Of a stretch of 64,000 bases of DNA, positions 38,709 through 49,115 are shown in pieces. Under the pieces are notes generated by a model. It was not told the origin of the DNA, did no database searches, and saw only the letters and a list, made by a program, of their open reading frames with translations. A program made the translations under genes and the position numbers. This DNA is from Acidobacteriota bacterium (lineage in GTDB: Bacteria > Acidobacteriota > UBA890 > WLXD01), in the NCBI GenBank assembly GCA_965205505.1, contig CBDBHB010000009.1, positions 192,001-256,000 on the forward strand, written 5' to 3'. The number at the start of each line of letters is the position of its first letter. The stretch's first letter is position 1.

Positions 38709-40430
38709 TCAATCCCCGCCGTCCAGCAGCTTGTCCATCTCGTCGGTGAGGCCGGTGATCTGCCAGCGAATCAGCGCCATGGGCATTTGCCCGGCGGCGA
38801 AGAGCTCGTCCATGAAGTCGCGCATGTCGAAGTCGTCGCCGAGCTGCAGGGCGCGATCGGCAACCAGCGTCTGGAACTGCATCACCCCGGTGTTGTAGGC
38901 CATCTCGTATCCCGGTCCGCGCACGGCGTCCTTCTTGTGATCCCAGGTGTTGTAGTTGGCCGCTGCGTTCCACCAGTCGCTCTCGTCCAGCGTGGTCGAT
39001 CCGTACACGCTCATCTCGGCGTCGTAGCGGTTCCAGCCCTCGTAGTCGAGCTCGCCGGCCCAGAACCTCAGCGATCCCATGGCGCGGGCGCCACGGTTGG
39101 CGGTGGCCAGGTGGATGAGCTCCCGCACCCGCGGTTGGTCGTCGAGGATACCGGCGTGCATGAACGCCTGCCCCAGGCTGTCGGCAACGCCCTCCCGGCG
39201 TGGGTGGGTCATCTCGTGCAGGCGGCGGGCGGCGCGGATCGGCGACAGACCGGTTTCCGGTCGCAGCGCATCGAGCTGATGGCCGAGGTGCTCGTGAATG
39301 ATTCCGGCCAGGAAGTTGCGCGGACGGGCCGACGGCGAGGCCGGCGGTCTCGGCGGATAAGCTGCGTAAGCGGCCGCGAGATCCTCGGCTGAAATAGTCA
39401 TGAACGAGCCACCGAGCAGGAAGCGCCGTAACTGATCCTCGGCCACGTGGTGGCGTTGGACGTACTCGGCTGCCGTCTGGGCGGGCTGGAGCCGCGGCAG
39501 GCCCTGGTTCCGGTATTGCTCGAGCTTCAGCGTGGTCACACCGCGCTCGTACTCGCGGCGTCCGAGCGTCCAGGCCTCCTCCCAGGTATGGGGAACCAGC
39601 CAGACGTTCTTCAGCCACCAGTTGAAGTTGTCGACGCCGAACCCCACCGAGCCCTGCATGCGCTCGAGGTTGTCCTCCACCCAGGTCCGATAGTCTTGCA
39701 CCGCCGCCCAGGCGGCCTCGGTCTCGGCCACCAGATCGGGGTGGTGCTCTTGCATCTGGGCCACCATGGGCTCCAGCAGCGACCCCTCCTCGGCGATCGC
39801 TCGCAGCACGATCAGCCCCAGATCACGCTTGGCTTCGGCGACGATGATGTTGGCTTTGCCCTGCGCCAAGACCTGCGGCAGTGCGCGCAACCTCACGCGA
39901 TAGGCTTCGACCTCCTCGTCGCTGAGCGGGAATTCTGGCGTTCCCGTGAACCCGAGCTCTCCCCAGCCGGGGCCTTCGGGCACCGCCGGCCGGTCCGAGA
40001 AGGCGAAGTACGGGGTGCTGGTTCCGGTGGACGAGCCCCAGTAGTGGAACGGGCTGGTCACCCACGGCTTCATCACCCGATGGGTGAACTCCACCCCGTT
40101 CATTTCGGCCCGGACCAGGTGATAGTCGACCTGCTCGGAGATCGACCAGTCGGTCACATCGAACGCCGCCAGACGCTGTTGCTGCGCGCGCAACTCCTCG
40201 TAGATGCGAGCCATCGTTGCCGGCGAATAGTCGGGAACGCCGTCGACGAGACCCGGTTCATTGAGCTGGCGAAACTCCTCGAACAGGGTTACCAGGTCGT
40301 CGTAGCTGCCGCTACCTGGGGCTCCGGCGGCGGCAGCCGTCCCGACCTGTTCGGCCTCCTGCGGAGCACCGCAGGTGATGAGGAGTGGCACGAGGACAAC
40401 TACGGCGGCTAAGCCGGAATGTGGGCGCAT
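38709..40430 (-). CDS. DUF885-like lipoprotein (metallopeptidase-like)
   Basis: Lipobox LITC; QVDYHLVRAEMNG, HExxGH, EG; C-terminal FMDELFAAGQMPMALIRW. Confidence 0.7.
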   Translation of the reverse strand: MRPHSGLAAVVVLVPLLITCGAPQEAEQVGTAAAAGAPGSGSYDDLVTLFEEFRQLNEPGLVDGVPDYSPATMARIYEELRAQQQRLAAFDVTDWSISEQVDYHLVRAEMNGVEFTHRVMKPWVTSPFHYWGSSTGTSTPYFAFSDRPAVPEGPGWGELGFTGTPEFPLSDEEVEAYRVRLRALPQVLAQGKANIIVAEAKRDLGLIVLRAIAEEGSLLEPMVAQMQEHHPDLVAETEAAWAAVQDYRTWVEDNLERMQGSVGFGVDNFNWWLKNVWLVPHTWEEAWTLGRREYERGVTTLKLEQYRNQGLPRLQPAQTAAEYVQRHHVAEDQLRRFLLGGSFMTISAEDLAAAYAAYPPRPPASPSARPRNFLAGIIHEHLGHQLDALRPETGLSPIRAARRLHEMTHPRREGVADSLGQAFMHAGILDDQPRVRELIHLATANRGARAMGSLRFWAGELDYEGWNRYDAEMSVYGSTTLDESDWWNAAANYNTWDHKKDAVRGPGYEMAYNTGVMQFQTLVADRALQLGDDFDMRDFMDELFAAGQMPMALIRWQITGLTDEMDKLLDGGD

Positions 40431-40653
40431 GGCGGCGGGTCTCCCTGTGGGGGTGGGGACGCCGCTAACTATACGCCCTCAAGATGACAATCTCACCGCC
40501 AGGGTTGAGAAGCTTTCGGTTTAGCGTCGGCGGCTATCCGTCGGCCGGCGATCATGAATCCAACGATGAGTCAGAATCCTCCCCAAACAAGCCCAGAGAG
40601 CGGACCATTGGGCCACACTACCCGCCCCGGAGACGAAACTGATGTCGGAGACG

Positions 40654-40870
40654 ATGGCGACCAAGACGGTCGAACAAACGATCGAGATCGAGGCCTCACC
40701 GGACGAAGTCTGGCAGGCGATCAGCACCGCGGAGGAGGGCGGGCGCCTACAGCCTCGGTGTCTGGTTGTCGCTCTACGGCGTCGCGGAGCCCCGAGCCGC
40801 TGAGCTCGAGTCGAGCCTGAAAGTGAAGCTCGACGCTTTGTTCGAGCCCGTTGAGATCGGACGGGCGTAG
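40654..40870 (+). pseudogene. Collapsed SRPBCC/AHSA1-like gene
   Basis: MATKTVEQTIEIEASPDEVWQAIST joined out of frame to a C-terminus ...GVWLSLYG...LDALF. Confidence 0.55.
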
Positions 40871-40873
40871 GTA

Positions 40874-41635
40874 TCAGGCGCGGAACGCGTAGAGCGCCAC
40901 CGCCACGGCAGTGGCGAGGTTGAGGCTCGACACGCCTGGGGTCATCGGGATCGCGATGCGATGCTCGGCGCGCTGCAGCATGTGTTGGCTCAGGCCATGA
41001 CGCTCAGGCCCGAAGGCGAGGATCGGCCGTGCCGGTGGTCGAAAGCTCGAGATCGGCTCACCTTCCGGATCGAGGGCGACCACCGGTCTCGAGGTCTCGG
41101 GTAGCTCATCGACGCGCGCTGAGGGTAGGGCGAACTGCAAGCCCGCCGCGGCGCGCACCGCCTCCGGGCTCCACGGGTCGTGCTGTCCGGTGGTCAACAG
41201 GCCGCTAGCGCCGGCGGCGGCGCCGACGCGCACAGCGGCGCCGAGATTGCCCAGGTGCGCCGGCTGCTCGAGAAACACCAGAGGCGCGTCGGCGGCGCTG
41301 TTGGCAAGCGTGACCGGGTCCACGGCGCGGCGACGGGCGATCGCGACAAGGCCGGTGGGATGCGGCAGCGGCGCGAGCATATCGAACTCGGCTTCCGGTA
41401 GCTCGTCCGCCTCGGCGAGCTGCGCACGAACATCCGGGGCCAGCTGCTGAGCCAGCGCATTGATCTCGCCACCACTCTTTGCGGCCATCTCGATGATCAA
41501 GGCCTCGAAGCGGATGGCGTGCTTGACGGCATGGAATCCCTCCAGCACCACCAACTCGGGGTCTCGGCGCGCCGCCCGATAGCGTTCCATACGCGTTGTC
41601 CGGGGCGTCTTTTGATCCGGTTGAGGCTTGCTCAC
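40874..41635 (-). CDS. Second TrmH/SpoU RNA methyltransferase
   Basis: LEGFHAVKHA, GNLGAAVR, FGPERHGL, IPM..SSLNLATAV. Confidence 0.88.
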   Translation of the reverse strand: MSKPQPDQKTPRTTRMERYRAARRDPELVVLEGFHAVKHAIRFEALIIEMAAKSGGEINALAQQLAPDVRAQLAEADELPEAEFDMLAPLPHPTGLVAIARRRAVDPVTLANSAADAPLVFLEQPAHLGNLGAAVRVGAAAGASGLLTTGQHDPWSPEAVRAAAGLQFALPSARVDELPETSRPVVALDPEGEPISSFRPPARPILAFGPERHGLSQHMLQRAEHRIAIPMTPGVSSLNLATAVAVALYAFRA

Positions 41636-41642
41636 CGGTGCC

Positions 41643-41996
41643 TCATGAGGCGCCGCCGGTGCCTCTTCGCGCCATCCACAACAGCACGGCCGAGACGAAG
41701 TACAGCAGGTTAGCCAGTCCGATGCCGGCGAAGATGCTCGACGTTCCGAGCATGTAGATCCCGACGGGCACGAACGACACAACGAAGGCGATCAGCAGCA
41801 CGATCGGACTCGCGGCAACCGATCCGCCGATCGCGATGATCGCGACCGTGATCATCGTCAGCGCCACCAGAAAACCGCCGGTGTTGCCGGTGGTGATGAT
41901 GCGCGAAGCGAACATCATCCAGAGGGCGATAGCCACTGTGCCGGAGGCCAGACCCGTAGCGCGGCCGACCCGATGAGCAACCTCGCTTGCGGACAT
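41643..41996 (-). CDS. Hypothetical membrane protein (about 4 TM)
   Basis: Hydrophobic ORF in line with the TrmH gene. Confidence 0.6.
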   Translation of the reverse strand: MSASEVAHRVGRATGLASGTVAIALWMMFASRIITTGNTGGFLVALTMITVAIIAIGGSVAASPIVLLIAFVVSFVPVGIYMLGTSSIFAGIGLANLLYFVSAVLLWMARRGTGGAS

Positions 41997-42028
41997 TCCC
42001 AGACGATATCCTCCGTCGCCGGAGGCCA

Positions 42029-42083
42029 CTAGCAGGCCGCGGTGAAAGTGTGGTGGGTCTAGCGACAGGGACTTGCGAAGTGG
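42029..42083 (+). repeat. Solo copy of the MITE right-type end
   Basis: ctagcaggccgcggtgaaagtgtggtgggtctagcgacagggacttgcgaagtgg matches the reverse complement of about 11802-11856. Confidence 0.85.
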
Positions 42084-42104
42084 TGGGCCTGGTTGCAGCT
42101 GAGC

Positions 42105-42572
42105 TCAGTGAGCCCGCGGCGGGTACTCGAGCAGCCCGGTGTGCGCGATCAACTTCCAGTCACTGCCGACCTTGCTGTAGATCTTCCCGGCGCGCCCGAG
42201 CCAGTGGAAGTCGTTGCCGTCGGCGTGGCGCCAAAGTGTGTCGACATCGACCACCGCGAGCGCGCCGTCGGCCTCGCTCGAAACCACGATGCGCAGGGTC
42301 TCGCGCCGGTTGTGCACCAACTCGTGAGTGTCGAACAGTGCCTGCCATCCTCGCCTCCAGCGCACCTCGTCGTAGCGACCCCACTCGAGTACCCAATCCA
42401 TCGGGTCGTGCGCCTGAGCATGCGGCGGCCAGGGCCACACCATGTCGGGGTGCAGGATCGACATCAGCAGCTCGACGTCCTGCGTGTCCCAGGCGCGGGT
42501 CTCTCGATCCACGAGCTCGCCGATCGCGGCGACGGCTTTCTTTTGCTCGCTGCTGTCGTCTTCCACCATCAC
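42105..42572 (-). CDS. SnoaL/NTF2-like protein
   Basis: AWDTQDVELLMS, C-terminal WKLIAHTG. Confidence 0.75.
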   Translation of the reverse strand: MMVEDDSSEQKKAVAAIGELVDRETRAWDTQDVELLMSILHPDMVWPWPPHAQAHDPMDWVLEWGRYDEVRWRRGWQALFDTHELVHNRRETLRIVVSSEADGALAVVDVDTLWRHADGNDFHWLGRAGKIYSKVGSDWKLIAHTGLLEYPPRAH

Positions 42573-42614
42573 AGCTCCCGTCGAACTCTTCTGCCTTGAC
42601 GACCGCCCTTCATA

Positions 42615-45029
42615 TCACTCGGTTCGCAACACGGTCATCGCGTCCAGGCGCATGGCCCGCCGGGCGGGCAGATAGCTGGCGGTCAGGCTCACGGTGAGCA
42701 GCACGCTCGATATGGCGATGAACGTCATCGGGTCGGTGGGCGCGACGCCGAACAGGAACGCGGCGAGCAGCCTGGTCAGCGCCAGCGAGCCGGTCAGACC
42801 GAGCGCCAGCCCCACCAGACTCAGACGAGCTCCCTGCGTCAGGATGAGCTTGGCGATGTGGCCGCGATCCGATCCGAGCGCCACGCGGATTCCGATCTCG
42901 TGCGTCCGCTCGCCGACGGAGTGCGATACCACGCCATACAGTCCGAGCATCGCCAGCATGCCGGCGACGCTCGCGAACAGGCCGACCAGAGCCAGCGCGT
43001 ACCGGTTCGGTGCCAGCCTGGCGTCTACGTAGGCAGCCATCGTTTGTACTTCGGCCATCGGGATCTCCGCGTCCATGTTACGCAGCAACTCACGAATCGG
43101 ATCGACCAGCGCGAGCGGCCGGACCTGACTCCTGACCACGAAATCGACCTCCCAGTCGACGCACGACCAGTTGCGCGAGTCGAAGTAAATCGTCTCCATG
43201 GGTGCCTCGCGCAGGCTCCGGTAGCGCACATCGCCCGCCACGCCGATGACCTCGAACTCGGTCAGGCCGCGTCCCCAGGGGTCGGCCTGCACGAGCCGCC
43301 CGACGGGATTCTGCCCCGGCCATGAGCGCTCCGCTAGCGCCCTGCTGACGATGGCGACCTCCGCAGCATCGGCCAACTCGAAGCTGCGCCCGGAACGGAT
43401 GGGAATGCCCACGGTGGCGAAGAAGTCGGGCGTTGCGAGCCGGTACTGAGACGGAGCCCGATCCTCCTCGGTGACGTCGCCGGCGACGTACTGCCCGCTC
43501 CAAATGTCGGTGAGCGGCAGGGGCCAGATCACCCCGGCCGAGGTGACTCCCGGGAGCGACTTGATGTGTTCCTCGAGCTGGCGATGGAAGCGACCGGGCC
43601 CGTCTGGCCATTCGTATCGCGCGCCAGGCAGCGAGATCGAGAACGTGAGCAGCTGTGTGGTCTGGAATCCGGGGTCGACGCTCCGGAGCCTCATCAAGCT
43701 CGCGGTCAACAGTCCCGCGCCGATAAGCAGGACTACGGAGAGCGCGATCTGCACGACCACCAGCGCGTCGCGTAGGCTCCCGGCGCGAGGCGTGCTGCGG
43801 TTACCGGTAAGTCGGGTCACGAGCCCCGTCCTGCCGATCATGGTGGCCGGTGCCAACCCGAACACCAGCGTGCATACGAGCGTTGCAGCGAGCGCGAAGC
43901 CGAGCACGCGCGGATCCACCGCGACGGCATCCAGGCGCGGCAGCCCGTCCGGACGCAAGCTCGCCAGCAAGTCGGTTGTCGCCACGGCGAGCGTGGTTCC
44001 GATCGCGCCTCCGACGAGGGTGAGCACGAGCGCTTCCGACAGCAGCAGTCGTACGATGCGGCCGCGCGGCGAGCCCAGCGCCAGTCGAAGCAACATCTCG
44101 CGTTGTCGTCCCTGGGCGCGCACCAGCATCAGGCCGACTATGTTGGCGCAAGCGATCAGCAACACGAACCCGACGGCCCCCATCAGCAGCAGCAACGTCG
44201 GGCGAACGTCGCCGACGACGGTCTCGAGCAGCGGCGCCACCGTCATGTCGAAGCCGGCCTCTCGGTATTCGGAGTGCTCCTTACGCACCTGGGCGGCGAT
44301 AGCGCCCATCTCGTCGCGTGCCTGCTCGATGGTGGCGTCGTCGTGCAGCCTGCCGAACACCTTCAACAAGCTGAAGCTCAGCCCGGTGGCGTCCCACACG
44401 TCACCGTTGGCCCAGACGTTGTCGGGGAGCTTCCAGATATCGATTCGGCGCGGCGAGCTCCAGACGCGCAGGCGGAAGTCGGCCGGCAGCACTCCGATGA
44501 TCGTGTAGGGGACCCCGTCGAGCGCGACGACCTTGCCGATCGCATCCGGCTCGCCCGCGAAAGTCGTCTGCCAGAGCCGGTGGCTCAGGACGGCGAGGCC
44601 GGGCGGGTCGTTCGCGGCGAACAGCCGCCCGTGGACAGGGCTCACGCCGAGCATCGAGAAGGTGTTGTCGGACACCCAGCCCACCTGCGCCTGCACCGGC
44701 GTCGGCACGCCCGAGAGGTTCTGCTGGATGTTGCGCACCGCCGCCACCTCGACGAGTGTGTCGCTGCTCGCCTGAATGCGGCGGAAGATGCCTCCGGAGT
44801 GGTTGCTGTCGTAGACTCCGTCGGAGGGGTAGTCGGCCCCGATGTGCACCAGTCGGTCGGGCTCGTAGTACTCGAACGGGCGCAGCAACACGGCGTTGAC
44901 GACGCTGAAGATCGACGTGTTCATGCCGATGCCGAGGGCCAGCGTGAGCACGATGACCAGCGAGGTGACCGGGGTGCCCAAGAGCGCTCGGACCGCATGG
45001 CGCAGGTCCTGTAGAACGGAGGCCATCAT
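42615..45029 (-). CDS. ADOP-type permease; N-terminal prefix (from 45273) is frameshifted, core intact from the ATG at 45029
   Basis: QDLRHAVR, LTLALGIG..IFSVVNAVLL, EIGIRVALG, ends MTVLRTE; prefix LLRLFPAKFR..HGDEI lies in another frame. Confidence 0.85.
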   Translation of the reverse strand: MMASVLQDLRHAVRALLGTPVTSLVIVLTLALGIGMNTSIFSVVNAVLLRPFEYYEPDRLVHIGADYPSDGVYDSNHSGGIFRRIQASSDTLVEVAAVRNIQQNLSGVPTPVQAQVGWVSDNTFSMLGVSPVHGRLFAANDPPGLAVLSHRLWQTTFAGEPDAIGKVVALDGVPYTIIGVLPADFRLRVWSSPRRIDIWKLPDNVWANGDVWDATGLSFSLLKVFGRLHDDATIEQARDEMGAIAAQVRKEHSEYREAGFDMTVAPLLETVVGDVRPTLLLLMGAVGFVLLIACANIVGLMLVRAQGRQREMLLRLALGSPRGRIVRLLLSEALVLTLVGGAIGTTLAVATTDLLASLRPDGLPRLDAVAVDPRVLGFALAATLVCTLVFGLAPATMIGRTGLVTRLTGNRSTPRAGSLRDALVVVQIALSVVLLIGAGLLTASLMRLRSVDPGFQTTQLLTFSISLPGARYEWPDGPGRFHRQLEEHIKSLPGVTSAGVIWPLPLTDIWSGQYVAGDVTEEDRAPSQYRLATPDFFATVGIPIRSGRSFELADAAEVAIVSRALAERSWPGQNPVGRLVQADPWGRGLTEFEVIGVAGDVRYRSLREAPMETIYFDSRNWSCVDWEVDFVVRSQVRPLALVDPIRELLRNMDAEIPMAEVQTMAAYVDARLAPNRYALALVGLFASVAGMLAMLGLYGVVSHSVGERTHEIGIRVALGSDRGHIAKLILTQGARLSLVGLALGLTGSLALTRLLAAFLFGVAPTDPMTFIAISSVLLTVSLTASYLPARRAMRLDAMTVLRTE

Positions 45030-45269
45030 TTCGACTCCACCGCCGGCGGCGGTACGGGGATACTTGGGGCGTTGGCGGCGATACCGCGCGCGGACGCGGT
45101 GCGCCGATCGCAGGAGATCGATCGTGGTCTCGCACCAGAGCGCAGCACCGTGCCCGTCGCGTCGGGCAGCGTTGGCGCTCGACGGCCACATCGTGGCGGA
45201 TCTCGTCGCCGTGCAGGCGCCGGAACTTGGCGGGGAACAGGCGCAGGAGTACGCCCAGATACCAGTCGC

Positions 45270-45617
45270 TCAAGCGCGCGATCCCGACTCGGGGAGGAGG
45301 TTGTTGGAGCGAGCGAACCGCACAATCTCGTCGAGACGCTCGAGCTCTGCCGCAAGCTCCGCCTGGCCGCCGGGAGTGAGCCGGTAAACTTTGCGCCGGC
45401 GCTCGGCAGGCTCGCCAACCACCTCGATCCAGCCGGCCTCGAGCATCCGATGAAGCGCCTCGTACAGCGTTCCCGGGCCGAGCCTCAGGGCGCCGTTGGT
45501 GACCGTCTCGACGTCCTGGCGGACGGCGTAGCCGTGGCGATCACCGCGTGCCAGAGTCAGCAGAATGTGCAGTGTTGCCGGCGTGAGCGGGGTGTGGGAT
45601 TCGTCGGAGGGTTGCAC
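45270..45617 (-). CDS. PadR family transcriptional regulator
   Basis: HILLTLARGDRHGY, GPGTLY, RRKVYRLT. Confidence 0.9.
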   Translation of the reverse strand: MQPSDESHTPLTPATLHILLTLARGDRHGYAVRQDVETVTNGALRLGPGTLYEALHRMLEAGWIEVVGEPAERRRKVYRLTPGGQAELAAELERLDEIVRFARSNNLLPESGSRA

Positions 45618-45629
45618 GAGCGTTCTCTC

Positions 45630-45666
45630 TATAGATCGTCCACCGATATATCGGTGACCGATTATA
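45630..45666. promoter_or_regulatory. Overlapping palindromes, putative PadR operator
   Basis: Perfect caccgatatatcggtg at 45641-45656 within ATCG-N5-CGAT tandem sites. Confidence 0.55.
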
Positions 45667-45791
45667 CGGTTTGCCCCATTCGTGGCGCAAGTGATCTCGG
45701 CTACGCCGGCGGATCCGTGCCGCCGGCCATCCTCGCCGAGGTGCGGGGCAAGTTGGCGGCGCTGATCGGATTGTGAGTTTCCGTGGCTGAG

Positions 45792-46490
45792 TCAGCCGCG
45801 GTCGGCGATCCGTAGGAAGTTGGCCATCAGTCGATCGGCGAGGTGGAAGCGGGCAGCTTGCGTGTCGGCGCACCGCTGGACAATGACATCAGCACTACCG
45901 CCGAATTCCTGCAGCTCATCGTCGTAGGCCTCGACCCACGCCGCCGCCTCAGCGGCGGAGGTCTCCAGGTGGAACTGCACGCCAACCTGGCGCCCACGGC
46001 GGAACGACTGCTGGCCGCCATCGAGACCCCGCACGACCACGACTCCGTCGGGCGGCGGATCGAAGGTATCGCCATGCCAGTGAAACACGGGGAATCGCGA
46101 CGGGAGCCCCGCAAGCAGCGGGTCCGCAGCGGTGTCCTCGACAACCTCCACCTCGTAGACCCCGAGCTCGCGGTAGCCTTGAGGACGCGCGCTGCCGCCC
46201 AGAAGGCTGGCGAGTATCTGCCCGCCGCAGCACACGCCGAGGCAGGCGACGTCCTGGTTGATGGCTTCGCGCAGGAAGGCGAGCTCGGTGCGCAGGAACT
46301 CGTGATCATCGGCATCGTAGGCGCTGATCGGTGTGCCGCCGACGAGAATCGCGTCCCAGGTGTCGTCGGCGGGAATCTCCGCGCCGGAATAAGGATGCAC
46401 CAGCCGACTCTCGACGCCATTGGTGTCGAGGTACTCCGCGTATCGACCGAACGTCTCAAGCTCGCAATTCTGCAGCAGCAGCACGCGCAC
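45792..46490 (-). CDS. Class I glutamine amidotransferase
   Basis: LGVCCGGQ, FHWHGDTF, GVQFHLE. Confidence 0.88.
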   Translation of the reverse strand: MRVLLLQNCELETFGRYAEYLDTNGVESRLVHPYSGAEIPADDTWDAILVGGTPISAYDADDHEFLRTELAFLREAINQDVACLGVCCGGQILASLLGGSARPQGYRELGVYEVEVVEDTAADPLLAGLPSRFPVFHWHGDTFDPPPDGVVVVRGLDGGQQSFRRGRQVGVQFHLETSAAEAAAWVEAYDDELQEFGGSADVIVQRCADTQAARFHLADRLMANFLRIADRG

Positions 46491-46527
46491 CGAGCCCCCT
46501 AGCCTGTGAGCGGCCCGTCGGTGACCA

Positions 46528-46730
46528 TCAGCCGCTCGCCATCTGCTCGACGACCATGTCGCCGAGCTCGTCGGTCGGTATGGCGCCGGCGCTCAGCGAC
46601 ACGATGCGTTCAGTGTTCACCAGCACCGCGATTGCCGCCTCGATCGCCTTGGTTCTCGAACACCGGGTGCTGCACATAGACGTCCTCCGTGTTTTCGCGC
46701 ACGATCACCATGTCGATGTCATCGGGCCCC
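46528..46730 (-). pseudogene. Collapsed isopropylmalate/isocitrate/tartrate dehydrogenase gene
   Basis: DIDMVIVRENTEDVY followed almost directly by a C-terminus AIEAAI...TDELGDMV. Confidence 0.65.
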
Positions 46731-46836
46731 GTCTCCCGCGATGACGGCGACACGATGCGCTTGAGCCAAGAGCTTCTCCCGTTGACGATGAGTCGAGCAG
46801 CGTAATCTTGCCGCGGCGAGGCGCCTGGCCCGCCTC

Positions 46837-48069
46837 CTACCGCGGCACTAGCCGGCCATTCCGTACCCAGATGTCGCCGTCGACGGTGACCGTGGCGTCG
46901 ACGAAGAAGTTCCAGCGTACGAACCCACCGCCGACGTTGCCGCCGAGCTCCGAGTTGTCGCCCAGCGACAAGCGGACCACCCCCGCGCCATACCCGTAGT
47001 CGGGGATCCAGGGGGCGTCTTCGGGGATGGCCAGCAGCGGGTTGAAGCCAAGCGCGAACTCGCGGAACGACCTTGCCGAAATACCGCCTCGTTGCAGCAC
47101 GGCCTCGGCGGCCTCGAGCCCGCTATCTGCAGAGGCCGACACCACCACACCGTCGTGGAAGGTCAGCACCAGCCCCTCGGCAATGGTGCTGTTCCACATC
47201 GATGGCGGGAAGGCGACGGTGCCCTGCACGGTGTCCTCGAGCGGCGCGACGCGGATTGCGCCAGCCGGGAGCTCGATCTCGCGGTCGATGAGGTTGCGCG
47301 CCTGTGCCGCGCGGACGGCAGAGGCGTCGCCGTCCTGGCGCGTTACTGGCCGATCGCCGATGCGGAACCGTAGATTGGTGCCTGCCGGGGTGGTGACCGT
47401 GATCTCGGCGTTGCGTATTGCCGCTTCGAAGCTGCGCTGCACGGCAGAGAGTGCCGCGTAATCGGTATCGCGCAACACCCGCGCGTAAAGAGCGTCGACT
47501 TCGGCATCGACCTCGCGCAGGTTGCCAGATAGGGCGTAGGCGCCCGGCCAGTGGAAGTGGATCGTGCGTCCGCGCCCCTGCCACAGCACATCTTGCATGG
47601 CGGCATAGACGAGGTCGGCCGGGGTGGTGTCGGGTAGCATTATCGCCAGATCGACGTCTGTGAGTCTCTCGATCAGCCGCGCTCGCGGCAGGCGCACCAG
47701 GCTGCGGGTGAACTCGGTGGGGTCTCCGACCGATGCGCGGCCTGAGGCGAGGATTGCGCCGAGATCGGTGCCCCCGGCCGAACGGATGCCGCTGCGCAGG
47801 CGGGGAACCAACGCATCGAAACGACCCGGCCGTGCGACCAGCAGCACTCGCTCGCCCTCTTGCAGGTCCGTGCGCCTGAGGATCTGCTCGGCGATGGCCG
47901 CGACATCGGGTTGCGGTGGCGGTGTGGCCGCGCCCGCCTCGCCCACGGTTGCCGCGGCCCAACTCGTCGAAGTGCCCAGCGCCACCATGCACGCGACAGC
48001 GCGGATCGGCCGCGCCGTCGGCAGCTGGCTGTTCCGTGTCGTCGATCGACGGGGTCTGATGTTTTGCAC
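46837..48069 (-). CDS. Secreted aminopeptidase-like (M29-related) protein
   Basis: [32 protein letters not shown]. Confidence 0.7.
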   Translation of the reverse strand: MQNIRPRRSTTRNSQLPTARPIRAVACMVALGTSTSWAAATVGEAGAATPPPQPDVAAIAEQILRRTDLQEGERVLLVARPGRFDALVPRLRSGIRSAGGTDLGAILASGRASVGDPTEFTRSLVRLPRARLIERLTDVDLAIMLPDTTPADLVYAAMQDVLWQGRGRTIHFHWPGAYALSGNLREVDAEVDALYARVLRDTDYAALSAVQRSFEAAIRNAEITVTTPAGTNLRFRIGDRPVTRQDGDASAVRAAQARNLIDREIELPAGAIRVAPLEDTVQGTVAFPPSMWNSTIAEGLVLTFHDGVVVSASADSGLEAAEAVLQRGGISARSFREFALGFNPLLAIPEDAPWIPDYGYGAGVVRLSLGDNSELGGNVGGGFVRWNFFVDATVTVDGDIWVRNGRLVPR

Positions 48070-48128
48070 GGCAAGTCGACTGTTACGATCGCCCGACCGT
48101 CAAACGTGCAGATAGAGGGCGATCGACG

Positions 48129-48500
48129 ATGGAATTGGGAGCGTTTTCCGTCAGCTTGACGGTAAAGGACCTGCAAGCATCGCGTGAATTCTACGAGAAG
48201 CTCGGGTTCGAGACTACCGGCGGCGACGAGTCAGAGAGCTGGTTGATTCTCAAGAATGGCACCTGTCTGATCGGGCTGTTCCAGGGGATGTTCGAGAGAA
48301 ACATCCTGACGTTCAATCCAGGGCTCGGCCACGCTGCCGAGCAACTCGAGGAGTTCACCGACGTGCGCGAGATCCAGGCCAAGCTCAAGGAGCAGGGCTT
48401 GGAGATCGAAGAGGAGACCGACGCGGACGGCGAAGGGGCGGGCCACATCAGACTGTTGGATCCCGACGGCAATCCCGTGCTGATCGACCAGTTCTTCTAG
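48129..48500 (+). CDS. VOC/glyoxalase family protein
   Basis: [28 protein letters not shown]. Confidence 0.88.
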   Translation: MELGAFSVSLTVKDLQASREFYEKLGFETTGGDESESWLILKNGTCLIGLFQGMFERNILTFNPGLGHAAEQLEEFTDVREIQAKLKEQGLEIEEETDADGEGAGHIRLLDPDGNPVLIDQFF

Positions 48501-48513
48501 TCCGGCTCCCTGG

Positions 48514-48558
48514 CACCGCGGCCTGCTGGCAGGCCACACTTCCACCGTGGCCTGCTAG
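48514..48558 (-). repeat. Degenerate MITE-family end
   Basis: Reverse complement ctagcaggccacggtggaagtgtgg...agcaggccgcggtg; the CTAG includes the nitroreductase stop. Confidence 0.65.
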
Positions 48559-49115
48559 GGCAGCTGACGCCACAGCCCGTCGAGATCGCGGCTCCGGGCA
48601 CGCTTGGTGGGCCGGTCGGCCGGCACGCCGACCCAGATGAACGCCACAATCTCTGCGCCATCCGGATCGATCTCCAGGATGCGATAGGTATCGGATTGCT
48701 GGATCACCTTGCTGGTGCTCCACTTCGACCCCACGCCCTCGGAGTGCAGCGATAGCATGAAGTTCTGGATGGAGCAGGCGATGGCGGCGTAATCCTCGCG
48801 CGCGATCACCGGGTCCGACTCGAGCGCCTGCGACACCACCATCAGATGCGCCGGGTCAAGGAACTTGGCGCGGATCACCTGGCGCAGCCGCTCGCTATCG
48901 CCCAGCTTGGCGACCTTGAGCCGCAGGGCAATCTTGCTCAGCTGCTCGCGCGTCTGCGCTCCGACGCTCACGAACCGCCATGGCTCGGTCATGCGGTGGT
49001 TGGGAGCAGCGAGCGCGGCTTCGAGGGCGCGCTCGACGGAGCCCTCGGGAACCGATCCCGGTTTGTACTTGTGAACCGTGGTGCGCGTCTTGAGCGCTTG
49101 TTGAACCTGGTTCAA
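48555..49115 (-). CDS. Nitroreductase family protein
   Basis: RTTVHKY, AAPNHRMTEPWRF, QNFMLSL..GVGSKWST. Confidence 0.88.
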   Translation of the reverse strand: MNQVQQALKTRTTVHKYKPGSVPEGSVERALEAALAAPNHRMTEPWRFVSVGAQTREQLSKIALRLKVAKLGDSERLRQVIRAKFLDPAHLMVVSQALESDPVIAREDYAAIACSIQNFMLSLHSEGVGSKWSTSKVIQQSDTYRILEIDPDGAEIVAFIWVGVPADRPTKRARSRDLDGLWRQLP

